Shown here: positions 1 to 13,593 of the stretch, in pieces
How the letters are laid out: each line of letters starts with the position of its first letter
How positions within the stretch are numbered: position 1 is the first letter of the stretch
Source: Lingula anatina
Lineage: Eukaryota; Animalia; Brachiopoda
Reading direction: 5' to 3'
NCBI GenBank assembly: GCA_051362555.1
Contig: CM120640.1
Coordinates: 21,948,001-22,012,000, forward strand
DNA: 64,000 nt
Notes under the pieces: model-generated
Seen by the model: only the letters and a program-made list of their open reading frames with translations
What the model was told of the DNA's origin: nothing
Databases searched by the model: none
Position numbers and translations under genes: made by a program

Positions 1-1421
1 CTGTCAGACCGAGATACGAGGCCCGGGCCTTGTCCCCATCGCTTCCGCGCTATACACCCGGGAGCTATCGGGAGAGGCAGGGAAGCCAATACCGCCACAC
101 CAGCCCACCTCGCGTCGCCTCCAAGGTGTAAGATTCACCTCTGTTGACGGCGTCTTTCAAAAATGAAAAGAGTAAAAGAAGTACAAAATGGTGCTGACAG
201 ACCTAGTCGCGTAACATTGCCGAGCTCTTCGAAATACGGCTACGTTCAACTCTTGAGGAGGGACTGTAAAAATAACATAACCAGGTACTACAGATCCTGT
301 CGTGTGCAGTAGGAATGTTTTAGTCCCAGAAGAAATGAAACTTGTGTGCCCCATTGGTGTCTGGAACTGAGCGGCGGTGTGGTCATGGGGGGACAGGCTA
401 GGTTCACGGGAACAAATCACAAACGGGCCGCTGTCTGCCACACAAAAGTTTCGTTCTTGCTCACCACGAGGTAGTCGACTGTCATTGAAACAATTCCTGG
501 ATCCAGGACTAATATTCCCTTTTTAACCATGTTGTTAGCCCAGCGCATCTTCTCTCCTGTTCCTTTCAACCTGAAGTTAATGACAATCGCCTACTCTCGT
601 CCTGGGCCGGTTAAGGGTTTGTGTGCGGTCGAGAAAAGGGACTTTTTGTGGACGTGTCCTAAAACAGATGAGAAACACAGGTGGCGTTACTTGGACATAA
701 GGAAGTGCCAATTTTACATATGCGTAACCAGAACATTTTAACCCTCAATGTAAGCTTATAGACAAAGAGTGCTCATTTGTTACGATGCAGTAGTCCGTCA
801 ATTGAATTATACAAATTTGTACCAACAAGTTGCATATATCAGTCCGTTTTATAAACTTTGATACAAGTCGTGTACATTTTCCGTACCTGAGTTGTTTGTG
901 GTTATACAATTTGTATCTATGAAATTATCAAATATACAATCAATGCTGAAGTTTGGATCCAAAAATCAGTGAATAAAAACCGGTTGGCCAACAAATTTGA
1001 TGTCTTTTATTATTCCTTTCAAAGAATTGTGGATAACTTATGGGCAGCATTTTAGTTTTATCTGAATGTAGAAGGAAGAGAATTTATGGACAATTTATCA
1101 AAAACACAGACTTGTCCTAGATAGGACGGCGTCTCTGAGATCGATTTCCGCCTTCGAATTCAAATCGAAACAGGTACATCCAGTCATTAAGAAAAAGTAG
1201 ATCATTCGCTGGCTGAAAATAAATATATAGATGTTATAAAAAGATGAAAAGGTCAAATTGTCATAACAGAATAATCCGCTATGAATGTGGATGAAACATC
1301 ACAGGTTTGTGAAATTGACGAGCGTGTATTTATATTGTTCTAAGGCAATTGTTCCAATATCGTTCTAAGATACCAGTATTATATCCCCGCTCAGTTTTCA
1401 TCACTACCTCACAGGTAGGAG

Positions 1422-1426
<5 letters not shown>

Positions 1427-1457
<31 letters not shown>
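1427..1457. repeat. (AT)n microsatellite
   Basis: Perfect dinucleotide run. A second run lies at about 4657-4680. Confidence 0.9.
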
Positions 1458-1458
<1 letters not shown>

Positions 1459-2484
1459 TGCAAGGGACACCTGGTCGTGTTCTTCGTGGCAAATTTGGAG
1501 ATAGATTAAGTTACTTGGAAGGCCTGATATATCCGTGAGCTGCTCTGCTCAACGATCACATCCAGCTAACATGTGGATCAGCTAACACAATGGACACAGC
1601 TGAACAACAAGTGAAGTGATGACCTTTACTCTTCTCGGAAACGAATTATAAAACGTGGAAGCTAACAAAGTGAAATTCATCGGAGGCGGAAATGTAGCTA
1701 TCAAGTTGTTAACAAATCAGGCTTAATAAGTAAGAAGCTTGTTTACCATCGGATTAATAAAAACGAAGATATTTGGAAAATTGATATCAAATTAGTTTCC
1801 CAGTGAGGAAATTAATACTCCATTGCACAATGAACTAATCTCAATGACGTATATAACGTGTATAACTTCCGAACCACATTTTGAGACTAGCTTTGGAAAC
1901 ATTAACGGAAGTGAGAATCACTGAAAAAAGAACGTAAGGAACCAGAATGTAAGGCAAAGAGAAAAACAGCGTTGATTTTACCTCTAGTCTCACGATGAAA
2001 GACCGCTCATGATGACAACTTATTAACTTTTAAAATCAGATTTATACGCAAATTTTACATGTGAATACAATGCACATGGAATCTTGTCTTATTAACATCA
2101 TATGACAACAAATACTACATGTAACACACAATGTACGTACGTCACACAACAAATGACAAACATGAAAAATTAAAAAAGCAGAAAAATAAACAGAAACACG
2201 TTTTGAAAATGCCAATTGTAAATCCTCGTTACGTTGGCGGCATTACAATATTGTCCTGTTTACTCCCAATTCTGCAACAAAGCTCATCTATCTTTCAATA
2301 TCGACCTCTTCAATCAAACCAATAAGCTTAGCTGATAGATAAAATGTGGAAATTAACCCAGAGAGCGATGGCTAGTAGACGGATGTGACGTGCCCGTGTG
2401 ATTCCACTGCTAGCTGCAAAGAAGACAGCACGTATCACTTTAACTCTGACTGATTAACACTATATTAAGGATCCAGCTAGAAAG

Positions 2485-5400
2485 ATGCTGATTGAAATCG
2501 AATGTGAAGTAAGTCAACTAATTCTGTTTTTAAAATTGCGTGTCTATCACGTATTGATTAAATGACATGATTTTGTTTTATTGGTATTGTTTAATGTAAA
2601 GCGTTTTCAAAACCGTCTTTGATCTTCCTTTTGTTCGAAAGCCACTGGCCATGGTTTACAACGTAATACGCCATCTTGAACCTGATGATGACTTCCAGAG
2701 GAAGGGGACAGGTATGACAATGAAGAAAGAATAACATCGTATTTTTTACAAAAGAAATGATGTTTTTGTGGAATCCCTATTTGTTGGGCCCTGGATCAGT
2801 GCAACCTGTTCAGCGAATTAAATAATGGTAGGCCTATAGAATTGTTGTTGTTGTTGCAATTGTGTATGTGTTCCAGGAGTTGCCGCAATATATTATAATA
2901 AGCAGACATCAGTCCCCACGCAGGTGGAAACAATATTGATTTCTCCAACCTTGGCTTAGATCGTATTATAATAAATAGTATTATCTTTATTTTCAGCCTG
3001 TTATTTACTATGCCTATGTGTTGGAGTTCATTTATACACGGTCAGCATGGCCATAAAAAGGTTACCATAACCAAAAACAAACTCATTAAAATAGGTTACA
3101 GAAAATGGCAATCGCTGCGCCTCTGTAAACTGTCAATATCAAACATCATAACTTGAATAAGACTTATACAAGGATTTGTGTTTGTCGTTTAGGGTTTCCT
3201 CTTTTATATTAATTGGACATTATATTTAGTATGATGGTCGTGACGTCATTGTTTTAAAAATTCTTTCTTACTTTGATGGATTTTGCAATAAATCCAACCG
3301 CCTTGGTTTACAGAAAATGAACGACTTGCAATATGCGTACTAGAGGAATAACAGAGGTGATATTGCTGATTCTATATCCGAGATTAAAAAGCATTTGGCA
3401 TTTGGCCAAAAACATTACCAGAAGATAAAACAGCTTTAATAACGAGAACATGTCAGTATTTGACATACCGCTTGTTGCGAATGCCAATCATCAATATTAC
3501 CTACTCATACGTCTGGTAGGCGTACCCTTTCACAGCGCTCTGTCATGTACATGTACCTATTACTAATTCTAATGTGCAAAATTATTTTAAGTTTTTGAAT
3601 TTTTACAAAGACACTAAATGAAAGCATATCGAAACGTTCACGTTTACCTATTCATTTATTCATCTTCATTTCTTCATTATCTCATTCATCCGTGAACCTA
3701 TAAAGGTGACGGGCCTAAATCTGATATCTTAAGCACCGTGTGTTCTTCTCACAGAGCCAGCTGATGGACATCATCAAGTCCAGTGGGAACACCTTGGTAG
3801 TGGTGGACTTCTATGCCACTTGGTGTGGCCCATGCCGTGTGATCGGTCCCTTCCTAGAGGTAAACACATTACAGTATTGGTGTATTCTTTCCACGTTACC
3901 GGTGAAAGACTATGTCACGACTTGGTCAATGTACAGGCCAATACACCCCTTTTTGCCTGCTGTCGCAGAATAGAATTTATGATGCACGTGAAACGCTCCC
4001 CGGCCCTGAACAAGGTTCAGTGCGCAACGGTACCAACTCTTTTGTACAGAAAGGAGTGACATTTAACTTGAAGTTAAAGCCGTTATTCGTATCTTCTTGC
4101 TTTTACTGCATACTGAAGTAATATCTTCGAACGATAATTTGGGTTTTTAATCCCTATAAAATTGGTTAATGGCCTACCACTAGTCATGAATCATTGACCA
4201 TATATGGTGTTTGACTGCACATTGAATCTGAATTCCACGAATATATAATCAAACACTTAAATACATGTATTTTACTTTCCAGATATATGAACATTTCTGT
4301 TTATGTTTCAGAAACTCGAACAAGAGTTTCCACATGTAAAGTTTGTCAAGGTGGACGTCGACGAGTATGGGGTGAGTATGTCTGTAAAACTAATTTCGAA
4401 ACGGCAATAAAAAAGAGAGCAGCTTTCTCGTGCACCAGTGATTTTCAAAATAATGATACTTATAACTAGAAATATATTACACCTCGTACAGGTATGACCA
4501 AGTCAGCACCAATAACGAGCTCATTAAAATCGATTTACAGCCAACAAGAATATTTGAACTAAGCCCAAGCTACGACACTGCAGGAACCATTATAGCTACT
4601 TGGCAGAACCACAGGGGTCAATACTGCCCTTATCTTCAAACACCTTTAAACTGCGTATATATATATATATATATATATATCTGTCAAGCATTGTGAATCG
4701 AACTTTTTTGTATCCTTATCTCCACCTCCGTGGTTTCAGAAGAGCATGTATTGGGACTTCACACTTTTGTCGTACATTAGACCTTAAAATAACCCCTTAA
4801 ATTGTTCCACAAGATAGGTGTCATTGGCCGTCTATTATAAGGCTATATTAATATTTTCTAGGAATTTGCTGAGCAAGAAGGCATCGAGGTGATGCCAACG
4901 TTGTATTTCTATAAGAAAGGCAAGAAGGTAAGTTAAGTAAGTCTGTTCAATTTCCCAGGGACGACGGCATAAAGTATCGTTTATACTAAATGATGGAAGT
5001 GCTGTTATTAGTTTTGAGGTTACAAGCTTACGAGTACTCATCCCTTTTAATCAACAGAGAATAAACGCATCTTCTACTTATCGAATGTCAACAGATAGCA
5101 CAAAGCCGAATCATTGACGCGAATTTTTCCAGGCAACAACTAATGGTTAATCGCATTTTCGATACAATCCTCTTATATACCATTGTCAGTTCATTAAAGC
5201 ATTTTCCACATGTTGCTTTTAATCTTCTTTCTGTATACCGCTTTCTGCGTAGTCTCGGCTATCGATGGTTTCAATTTTTAGAATATTAAAGTTTAAATAT
5301 TTAAACATACCATGCCATCATAACATATCAGCGTCCCCCGTGCCTTTCTCAAGGACCGTCTCTTAAAAACGAATTTCCTGAAAACGGTCCCGAAAACGGT

Positions 5401-6076
5401 GATGTGATGTTTGTGTTTGAGGAAGTTCAATATTGGGACAAGTCATCAAAGGTACCACGACTGGGAAAATGCAAATACAAAATACCAATATTGTTACTAG
5501 ATATATGGTATAAGTTCTAGCAATGTAAAAAAATAAAAGAAGGATCTCACAGACATTCAAAATGTCATAAACTTTTTATGGGATCGAAACACGCAGAAAA
5601 TTTCTGATTCCATTGCTACTGTAATTTAGCCCCCTTTACACTGGACGGCGTCCTTTCTGCCTCCCTTGCGCGACCATGAAACTGGCATCGCTGTGGTCGT
5701 AGAAAGGAGGCACAAGCATAGCATCATTTTGCTTGCAAAATGAATACTCAATGGTTAGCCTGCTGGCCTGCTAAAGGGGGCTTAATTACAGTAGCTATGG
5801 AATAAGGTTTTTTTTTTTTTTTTACTCTCAAACGGCGTCGTACTACGGGACACATAAAGGACGCCGTCCAACGTAAAGGGGACTTTACTGGGTGCAAGCA
5901 ATTGCTCCAGTAATAATAATAATAATTGACGTTTTGAAAGTCTTTCTTTGTGTAAAGCTCATAAGGCCATCTTATTCTTATGCTCTATGTTACTTATATT
6001 TCAGGTAGACGAAATGGCCGGGGCTAACCGTGACAAATTACGAGAGTTAGTAACGAAATACGCTGCTGGGAAGTAA
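2485..6076 (+). CDS. TXN: Cytosolic thioredoxin, 5 coding exons, 108 aa
   Basis: Exons 2485-2508, 3755-3859, 4312-4371, 4862-4927, 6005-6076, all GT-AG and phase 0. Spliced protein: [108 protein letters not shown]. It has the WCGPC active site, KVDVD and the MPT cis-Pro motif. Confidence 0.95.
5607..5884. mobile_element. Nested inverted-repeat (Harbinger-like MITE) remnant in thioredoxin intron 4
   Basis: AGCCCCCTTTACACTGGACGGCGTCCTTT (5628-5656) pairs with AAAGGACGCCGTCCAACGTAAAGGGGACT (5856-5884). 5607-5638 also pairs with 5772-5803. Confidence 0.6.
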
Positions 6077-7000
6077 AATGACATACATTTTGCACGGCAA
6101 TCTCCGGACAGGAATACCTCGACAATACTTGCGTTATTCTTACCGTGGCAAGTTTTATTTCATAATTCCACATTAAAGGCATTCCAGAAATAAGGGCCCA
6201 AACAAGATTCAGTAACCAAAAGAGCTCACTTACTTGTTTGCTGTCATATCTGATTAACTGTGTTGGCACAGAAACGATGCCATCTGAGTGATGACAATTA
6301 TTCCCTACTGAAATTTTCGCTGGGCAGAAAATTGTCGAGAATTAGCCAGATACATATCTGTGAATATCTAGTATTAAAAAATCAAACTGTAGCCCTAGTA
6401 AAAAAAGTATAGAAACGCTATGTTTTGAAATTTTGAAAATGTGTCGTACTTTGTATATAAGTAAATTTAGTTAGAAAAATATGTACCTGTTCCATGAAAT
6501 AACATCCATAATAGTAATTTCAGTTTTTCTTAGAATGAATGTTTTCATACAAGTATACTATTACACGTATACATTTTATGTTGTTATTCTGGTTTGACTG
6601 TATTCAAAGATTCTTTTATGGCCAAAAAACAGCCTTTCTGTATTCAAACAGTCATCAACATCATTATATTTGTATAATTTTACGTTAACATGAATCTGCA
6701 TGTCTGTAAATGTCAGATTTATAAATATCATCTTTTATTTCCCACATCTGTCCTATCCACATAACCTGTATACACTATTGCAAGATTATAAATAATGATC
6801 GAATAAATAGAAAAATATCAATAAACATCAATAAGGCATCAAAATAATTTAAAACATAAAATTAATATGTAGATGCCTAATACAAATAAACCTACTAGTA
6901 TATAAGAAAAATAAAAGAAATGTCAAAATTGAGGCAAAAATTAAAATAAAATAAAACAAAACAGTAATAATAATGAAAATTAAGTTTGTTACCAATAATT

Positions 7001-10000
7001 CTAAAGTGTGTTATCAATATTTGATGCATCAGACTTAAGACTATTTAAAAGCTGGAGTCTATCCTTTGGTAATGTTGAAAAGTAAGTTTTCTGTTCTTCT
7101 GAATATCTATTTTCAACAGGAATAATGTCCCTAAAGCTCCAGTCCTGCCAGTGAAAATTATATCTTTCTAGTAATTCTTTTTTCAATTCATCTGTTGGAA
7201 CCACATCTGGAGGTTCTTTTCTCTGCAGATCACTGCACAGAACATCCTTGAAAATTAGCACTCCTCGAATTGCAAACCATCCACCATACTTGGGGTGCAC
7301 ACTGACTCCAAAGATTTTCTGAAATATGAGATAATTTGCACAGTATATATTTTCACTTTAAAAACTGCTTTAGGGTATTTTCCAGGATTGGGGAAAGCAT
7401 TGGAAAATTGCACAATGAAAAAGACTCTTCTTATGGTATTTACATTAATTAGGGAAAATATAAATTTTAAACAAATGCTGGAAACAGAATCCCACAGTTT
7501 ATTAAAATCATATCAAGTAAAAATAACATTCAAAGATAAAACAACACAAGCCAGATGAAAAAAAATTCTAGTGATCCTAATCATCCCATATTGTATACCT
7601 TTTTCTCCTCCCATGGGTCAGTGGTCAGGTCTGACCTCTGGTAATACCTTGCTGCTCCAGCCACGTGGGCAGCCGTCTGGACAAGAACTTTGGGGCGCCT
7701 GGTTCCACCATGTAGCTCATAGTCATGGATGGAGATAACTTCATTCTCGGGAAATGCCTAAAATTCACACGTGACAAAACAATTAACACTGCCCATTTTC
7801 ATTATTCATTAGTGTGATGAGACTATAACCCAACTCCCATGGGCTTCCAGAGTCACTTACTAAAACTGTAGCAGGCTTGTGGCCAGAAAGAGCTTACATC
7901 AACTTTTGATTCAGAGCAGAGCTTTTCTGGTCAAAAGGTGGGGTTTTTCTTACTCCTTGAGCCCAACAAAGTATTTTAGTTCTGTTCACTGTTCAAACTG
8001 GTTCTTGATGGTTATTATTCCCCTTTTCATTCATTATGAGTTTTTGTTGAGATCAAGGTTGAAGGATCTACATACACTCATCCTCTTATTATATCCAGCA
8101 AACCAACATGACAGATGGCTGCAAATGTTTGCCAGGCAGTTTTACATTTCCTTAACCATGGCTGTCATTTGCAATGGTCCTCACATCACAAAGCAATATT
8201 CAATATGCTTGCAGAGTGCATGTTTCTCAGAATCGTTCACCATTGCTTTTAATGATGTAAAATCAATTAAGTAAAACTCAATTTAGTTTACACAAGTTAT
8301 TGGTGCAGCATTTAATCACTTAATTGCAGCTTAACACATTCAATAATGCTACAAGCATTAGCACATCAAATGAAGGCTGGAGAGTAATATCAACACTCAG
8401 TCAGCACAATCCGCTTCATATTAAACACACTTTGACTGCTTAATAAATCTAAGTGACGTATATTAATGGTGAATGCACGACTGCCAAAGTGTAGAACATG
8501 CATGTAATTTGGCAGTGAAAATATTGTACCCATTTTTCTAATTAATATACTGCTTTTGTCTAATATAGCTTGACCAGTGCCACCTATACCCACTAGCACT
8601 AAAATTATGAATAAGCACTTAATTGTGTAAGGGACATTAAACAGAATTTTCTCTGTCTGTGGCAGAGAGACCTAACCCCATTACACAGTTTTATCTAGGG
8701 AAAGGAAATAAACTGGGGATATGTACATGAGAATGATGCTCTGGAGATCCAACATTCCAATTCTATTGGTATTTTGTAGGATGTAGTGAAAAGAGCCCAA
8801 TTATTTTTTTTCTACAATAAATTTTTCATAATGTTTTCTTTCTTAATATCATGCAGTTTTACTGACTATAAGTCTTTCCATTTAGGATGTTGGCTATTTC
8901 TCTGCTTCAGATGCTTATCAAAGCTCTACTCCTTTCAATTAACACATTCTTCTTCTGTGTTGTAGGATGTGAAGGTGTGAAAAATTATGGAGATGACTCG
9001 ATGTTGGGGAGGGGGAAATAATAAGGAATATGCACTGGCCAAACCAAGTTTAAACAGTGCATTTCATTCTTAATTTAAATAATTTAGTTATAAATATGTG
9101 TGGCTATTCATTTCGAAAACTGCTTTCCGCTTTCTGCTTTCTTGACATCCACAATACATTTACCAAAGATGGCTTTGTTTTCACTTCATTACACAAGAAA
9201 ATGGCACATTATTTTTGTCTTGTGGTCTTGTATTGTGTATAATACAGATGATTCTATTTCCCGAATTAAATTGAGAGATGTTATGGTTGCTAACTTGATT
9301 GAGTGCTACAAATGTAAGAAGAGAAGGTAATGGTGACATTATACATAGGTACTAGTATGCTTCAGACAAACTTTTATTTAAGGAGTTTATTGTTTTTGGA
9401 GCTTGAATTAGGAAATGTAGGAAGCTTTGCAGGATAAAGCATGCCCATTGGGCATTTTCCAATGTGTGAGTAATATTTTTAATACATAGTGATAAGAAAG
9501 AAAATATAGAAAAGAATCAAAGCACAGACATTACAGATTTGCTCCTTGTTAATAATTGATCTATATTTATGTAAAAAAATTTTTTTTAAAGTCAATTCAA
9601 ATATTAAATTGCAGTAACCATTTCTGCATATGTAATATGAAGTAATATCAATAAACTAAACAAATATTTAAAAAAAAGAAAACATGACAACTAACCTCTT
9701 TTACTTTTGCAAAATAATGTTCAATGCACTCATCAATGGGGTCTTTGACTCCTAAACAGTCCCTCTTACAAATAAATGGCTTGAAAGCTTTTTCATACAT
9801 GGCTGGAGTACTAATGATCACAACAGCTAGGGTGTCCTCAGCATAGTCTAGGTAGAATATGGGTTTGATGTTCATATTATACCAGGCAATCTAAAGACAG
9901 AGAAAAAAGTATGTACATTATGAAATAAATGCATTATTGTTGTCTTAGTTCTAAAAATAATTAGTACGCTCTCTGTTGGATAAATAGATTTGTTGAGAAC

Positions 10001-10348
10001 AGGAACTTGTAACCCGTATCAAAAGTTGCATTTAAATCAACTGAAGTAAAAGAAAAATAATTAATGAAACAAAGAAAGAAAATAAATAAATAAATGAATT
10101 GTTTAATTTAATTCAAGCGAAAAACATTTTTATTGTTTCCTTATTTCATGCAATGCAATAGCAGGACCAAGTAAAGAATTAAGTCAATCCTCTTCTAAAA
10201 GGCAGAAATGTATGATTAACTAGGTAAACTTGTTTGACCAAATATTTGATTCAAATCACTGATCTACCTTAAAAGGATGTGATTCAAATCCGACTTCGTG
10301 AAGAATTCCAGCCACCTTTTGAAGACACGTTTTCCAGTCTGTCTCCAT
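7001..10348 (-). CDS. MMACHC: Cyanocobalamin reductase / alkylcobalamin dealkylase (cblC protein), 4 coding exons
   Basis: Exons 10348-10268, 9890-9696, 7757-7599, 7318-7001. Motifs GFESHPFKIAWYN, TLAVVIISTPAMYEKAF, DPIDEC, HDYELHGGTRRPKVLVQTAAHVAGAARYYQR, GVSVHPKYGGWFAIRGVLIF and YNFHWQDWSFRD match MMACHC. Confidence 0.95.
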
Positions 10349-10643
10349 ATTAGTTGATGTTTCTCGAAAACGAGATGGCGACCTTGCAGGAATTCCCTTC
10401 AGAAGGTCATACTGCCGAGTACTACTGTTTTCTGTGTCCTTTTTTTATAGAGATGTATATTATATAAATGTTAATTTTTAAGGTGATGCTTTAATGATAT
10501 GTTCCCATGTGACGAGAACTTTAAGAATTGAAAAATAGCGTAGTAAATAATAGCTAATGACCTGGAAAGTCACGTGGTCTGCTTTGGTATACGGAAAATC
10601 ATGTGACTCGGCAATTTTGTTGATAAACACTTGAAACGGCAAG
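10349..10643. promoter_or_regulatory. Probable bidirectional promoter shared by MMACHC and GILT, with E-box/CLEAR-like sites
   Basis: 295 bp separate the divergent ATGs. CATGTGAC at 10506-10513, GTCACGTGG at 10569-10577, TCATGTGAC at 10599-10607. Confidence 0.65.
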
Positions 10644-13593
10644 ATGCCTGTGCAAAATATAGCTGCGTTTTGCTTATTTGTCGCATTTACAGTTGTTAGT
10701 GGTTGCAACATACCTCCAAGTCAGTGGTGTAGTAGTGAGGAAGTTGCAAAAACTTGCCAGGTAACGTGTTTATTGTATTTGCTAGCAATATCATTTAACA
10801 ACAAAACATTAAGTACAGTACATGTGCTAGACCTAGCCTGTTACTGTAAGCTAGGGGCGTATCACAGATTAAGAAAACAGCACAAGTTTGTGTTATTCAA
10901 TAACTGAGCATAGTCATTCTTATAAAAATAATTAGCTCAAAAGTGAATGTAATTACATGTATTTGTCATATGTTAGAATTGCTTAATTCATGCAGTTACT
11001 GAGTACAGTTATACTTTTCTGTTTAACCCAAGCCGTTTAACCCAAGCAGTAACTGAGTACAGTTACTGAGTACAGTTATACTTTTCTGTTTAACCCAAGC
11101 CGTTTTCAAATTTTTACAGGTTTATCAACAGTGCAAAAATTACATACAAAATACTGCCAATGTATCAGTACCAGTGAATTTTACTCTGTATTATGAATCT
11201 CTGTGTCCTGACTGCAAGAATTTCTTCAAACAACAGCTGTACAAAGCCTTCAAATCTGTGGGTAGCATCATGAACCTGACCCTCATCCCATATGGAAATG
11301 CAAGGGTAGGATATTAAGTGGTAGCTTAATGATATGCTTGATAAAAAAAAAGGAAGAAAGACAAAGGCAGCTATTGTCACCCTCTAGTATGCATTGAATG
11401 TAATTATATATATATATATACTGGTATATATAGTATTTCAGATGATTATGAGTACATACATTGCAGTTACATGAACTGCCATAGCTGAATATCCTGGTTG
11501 AAATGAACTGGCCAGTAAGAAGAACAGTGTTGGAAGGCAAATAAGTGAACAAATTATGTGTATTGCAGGACAAAGTACATGAACCTGTCTGATGCTCAGT
11601 TGTGATGCATGTATCTTTCATAAATTATTCATGACAGAAGTCAGCTACAGTCTGCAGTTGGGTGTGCCAAGTTAGAAAGTGTGAAGTGTGAAGTTGAGAA
11701 GATGTCATTGTAAAGCTCTTTATCAGTCATTTCTTGGCAAAGTTTTATTTTCTTCATTTTTAAAAATCAAAACATGGCAACATCCCTCATTTTTTCTTGA
11801 ATATAAAGCATACTGTGTAATTTTTTCCAAACGATCTTGATATTATATACACACTCTCATTTTATTTAAGGAACAGAAAATAGGAGACCAATGGGTATTT
11901 GATTGCCAACATGGAAAACAAGAGTGCATTGGCAATGTAATTGAGGTAACATAAACTATATACACTATTTGAATTAACCTATTAAAATTAACTTTATTGT
12001 GTTTAGTTTCAAATGGGGCCAGCTGTAAGGTAACAAATTGATACTTATAGCATGCAGTGTAGGTTTAACAAATTAACATGTATAACTAATATGAAAATAC
12101 TTTCAAGTCAGACAAGAAACATTGTCCACATACCAGTACAAAAATGAAAGAATTATTAGTTGGGAAACATGAACAAAAAATGACTGACTTTTGAAGTATG
12201 ATAAGATGGCTAACATTATATTTATTTTTCCAGACCTGTGCAATAAGCATATTGGGAAATATAAGTGTTTACATGCCATTTATCTACTGTATTGAGCACT
12301 CTTCTGACAGCCAGCCAAGCAAATCTGCACAGAAGGTACAGTTGAGTGAAATGTTCATTAAATTTCCATATACTAAGCAAGTTGACCCCTTTTAATCTGT
12401 ATTACTGTCATTTAGAAATGTGGAGATAGGTAACTATGTAATGTTCCTGTGGTGTAGTAATACTTGAATGTGTGGTGCATAATTTTTGAACTACAAGTAA
12501 ATTAGTAGGTCAAGCTCTTTTTCATACACACTATGCCCTTCCACGTATATTATTATACTTATGTTATAACATGTACATATGTGAAATAATTAAAGATGCT
12601 CCAAGATAGTACAATTTTTGAGTTCTGTTCTTGTGTGTCTGTGATAAATGGATGACGTTTGTATTTCAGTGTGCTTCTCAATTTGGCATTGACCTTGCAC
12701 CGATTATGAAGTGTTCCACTAGCAAGATGGGCAATGATTTGGAACACCAGATGGCAGTCAAAACAGATGCTCTACGACCTCGGCATACATATGTACCTTG
12801 GGTTACTCTCAATGGGGTAGGTGTTAGACTGAAACATCACTTCATTAGTTGCAGTATATCATACAGCTAATAGTGCTATACAGTGTATATATTTTTCATA
12901 TGAATTGTCAAGGGAACATATTATTGTGTTAGCATGTGACATAATGGTGCTTAGAGATGAAAAGGTGTGCTGATGGGTGTGATGTTTTATAAGTTTGATG
13001 TGAATCTTTTTAACTTCAATAAACAGGTACATACCAAAGAAATCCAGTGGAAAGCTGAACATAATCTGATCCAGTTAATCTGTGAGACATATCAGGTAAT
13101 TCCATTTAATGTACCATCTGTTTTTCATAAATGTACACTTTCAGCATTACAGAGGTCTTTTTGAAACACTTAACATAGTGACAATATAAAGTAGGGTACA
13201 TTTTCATGCAGATGTAGAGCAAAATAATTATTTCTCACAAATGTGAAATGCTTGGACCGTATTGCTTACACATAGATAAATCTAAGAGGAGTTTGACATT
13301 TTTACATCCAGAGATGCAGAGCAATGCCTTTTTTCTTTTTAAAATCATTGTTCTCTTGCACACCTGTTTCACCCTATTACACAGTTTAACATCTGCTGCT
13401 GATTATCATGCATCTTTTTATATATTTGAAAACAACAAAAATGTTTTTTGTAAAAATTCTTATGGGTAAATTTTTTTATAATCAAATATTTGTTTCTTGC
13501 TTTTCCCTGTAGGGTGGTTCTAAACCTGTGGCATGTTCCAACTTGAAGACTTCAGGAAGATGCTACAAAATTGATAGCAAACCAGATGTTTAA
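10644..13593 (+). CDS. IFI30: Gamma-interferon-inducible lysosomal thiol reductase (GILT), 7 coding exons
   Basis: Exons 10644-10760, 11120-11305, 11871-11945, 12234-12335, 12670-12816, 13027-13095, 13513-13593. Signal peptide, saposin-A-like [24 protein letters not shown], active site [15 protein letters not shown], signature [16 protein letters not shown] and [11 protein letters not shown]. Confidence 0.95.
10992..11105. repeat. Local tandem duplication (~47 bp) in GILT intron 1
   Basis: CAGTTACTGAGTACAGTTATACTTTTCTGTTTAACCCAAGCCGTTT occurs twice, with partial units between. Confidence 0.9.

Noticed and set aside
10992-11105. Short direct repeats as a CRISPR-like array (also 63249-63454)
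   Set aside because: Eukaryotic intronic context, only two copies, and no unique spacers or cas genes.
10707-11134. Saposin-A-like segment on GILT as a novel domain fusion
   Set aside because: This Cys-rich propeptide is a known feature of fish and invertebrate GILT proteins.
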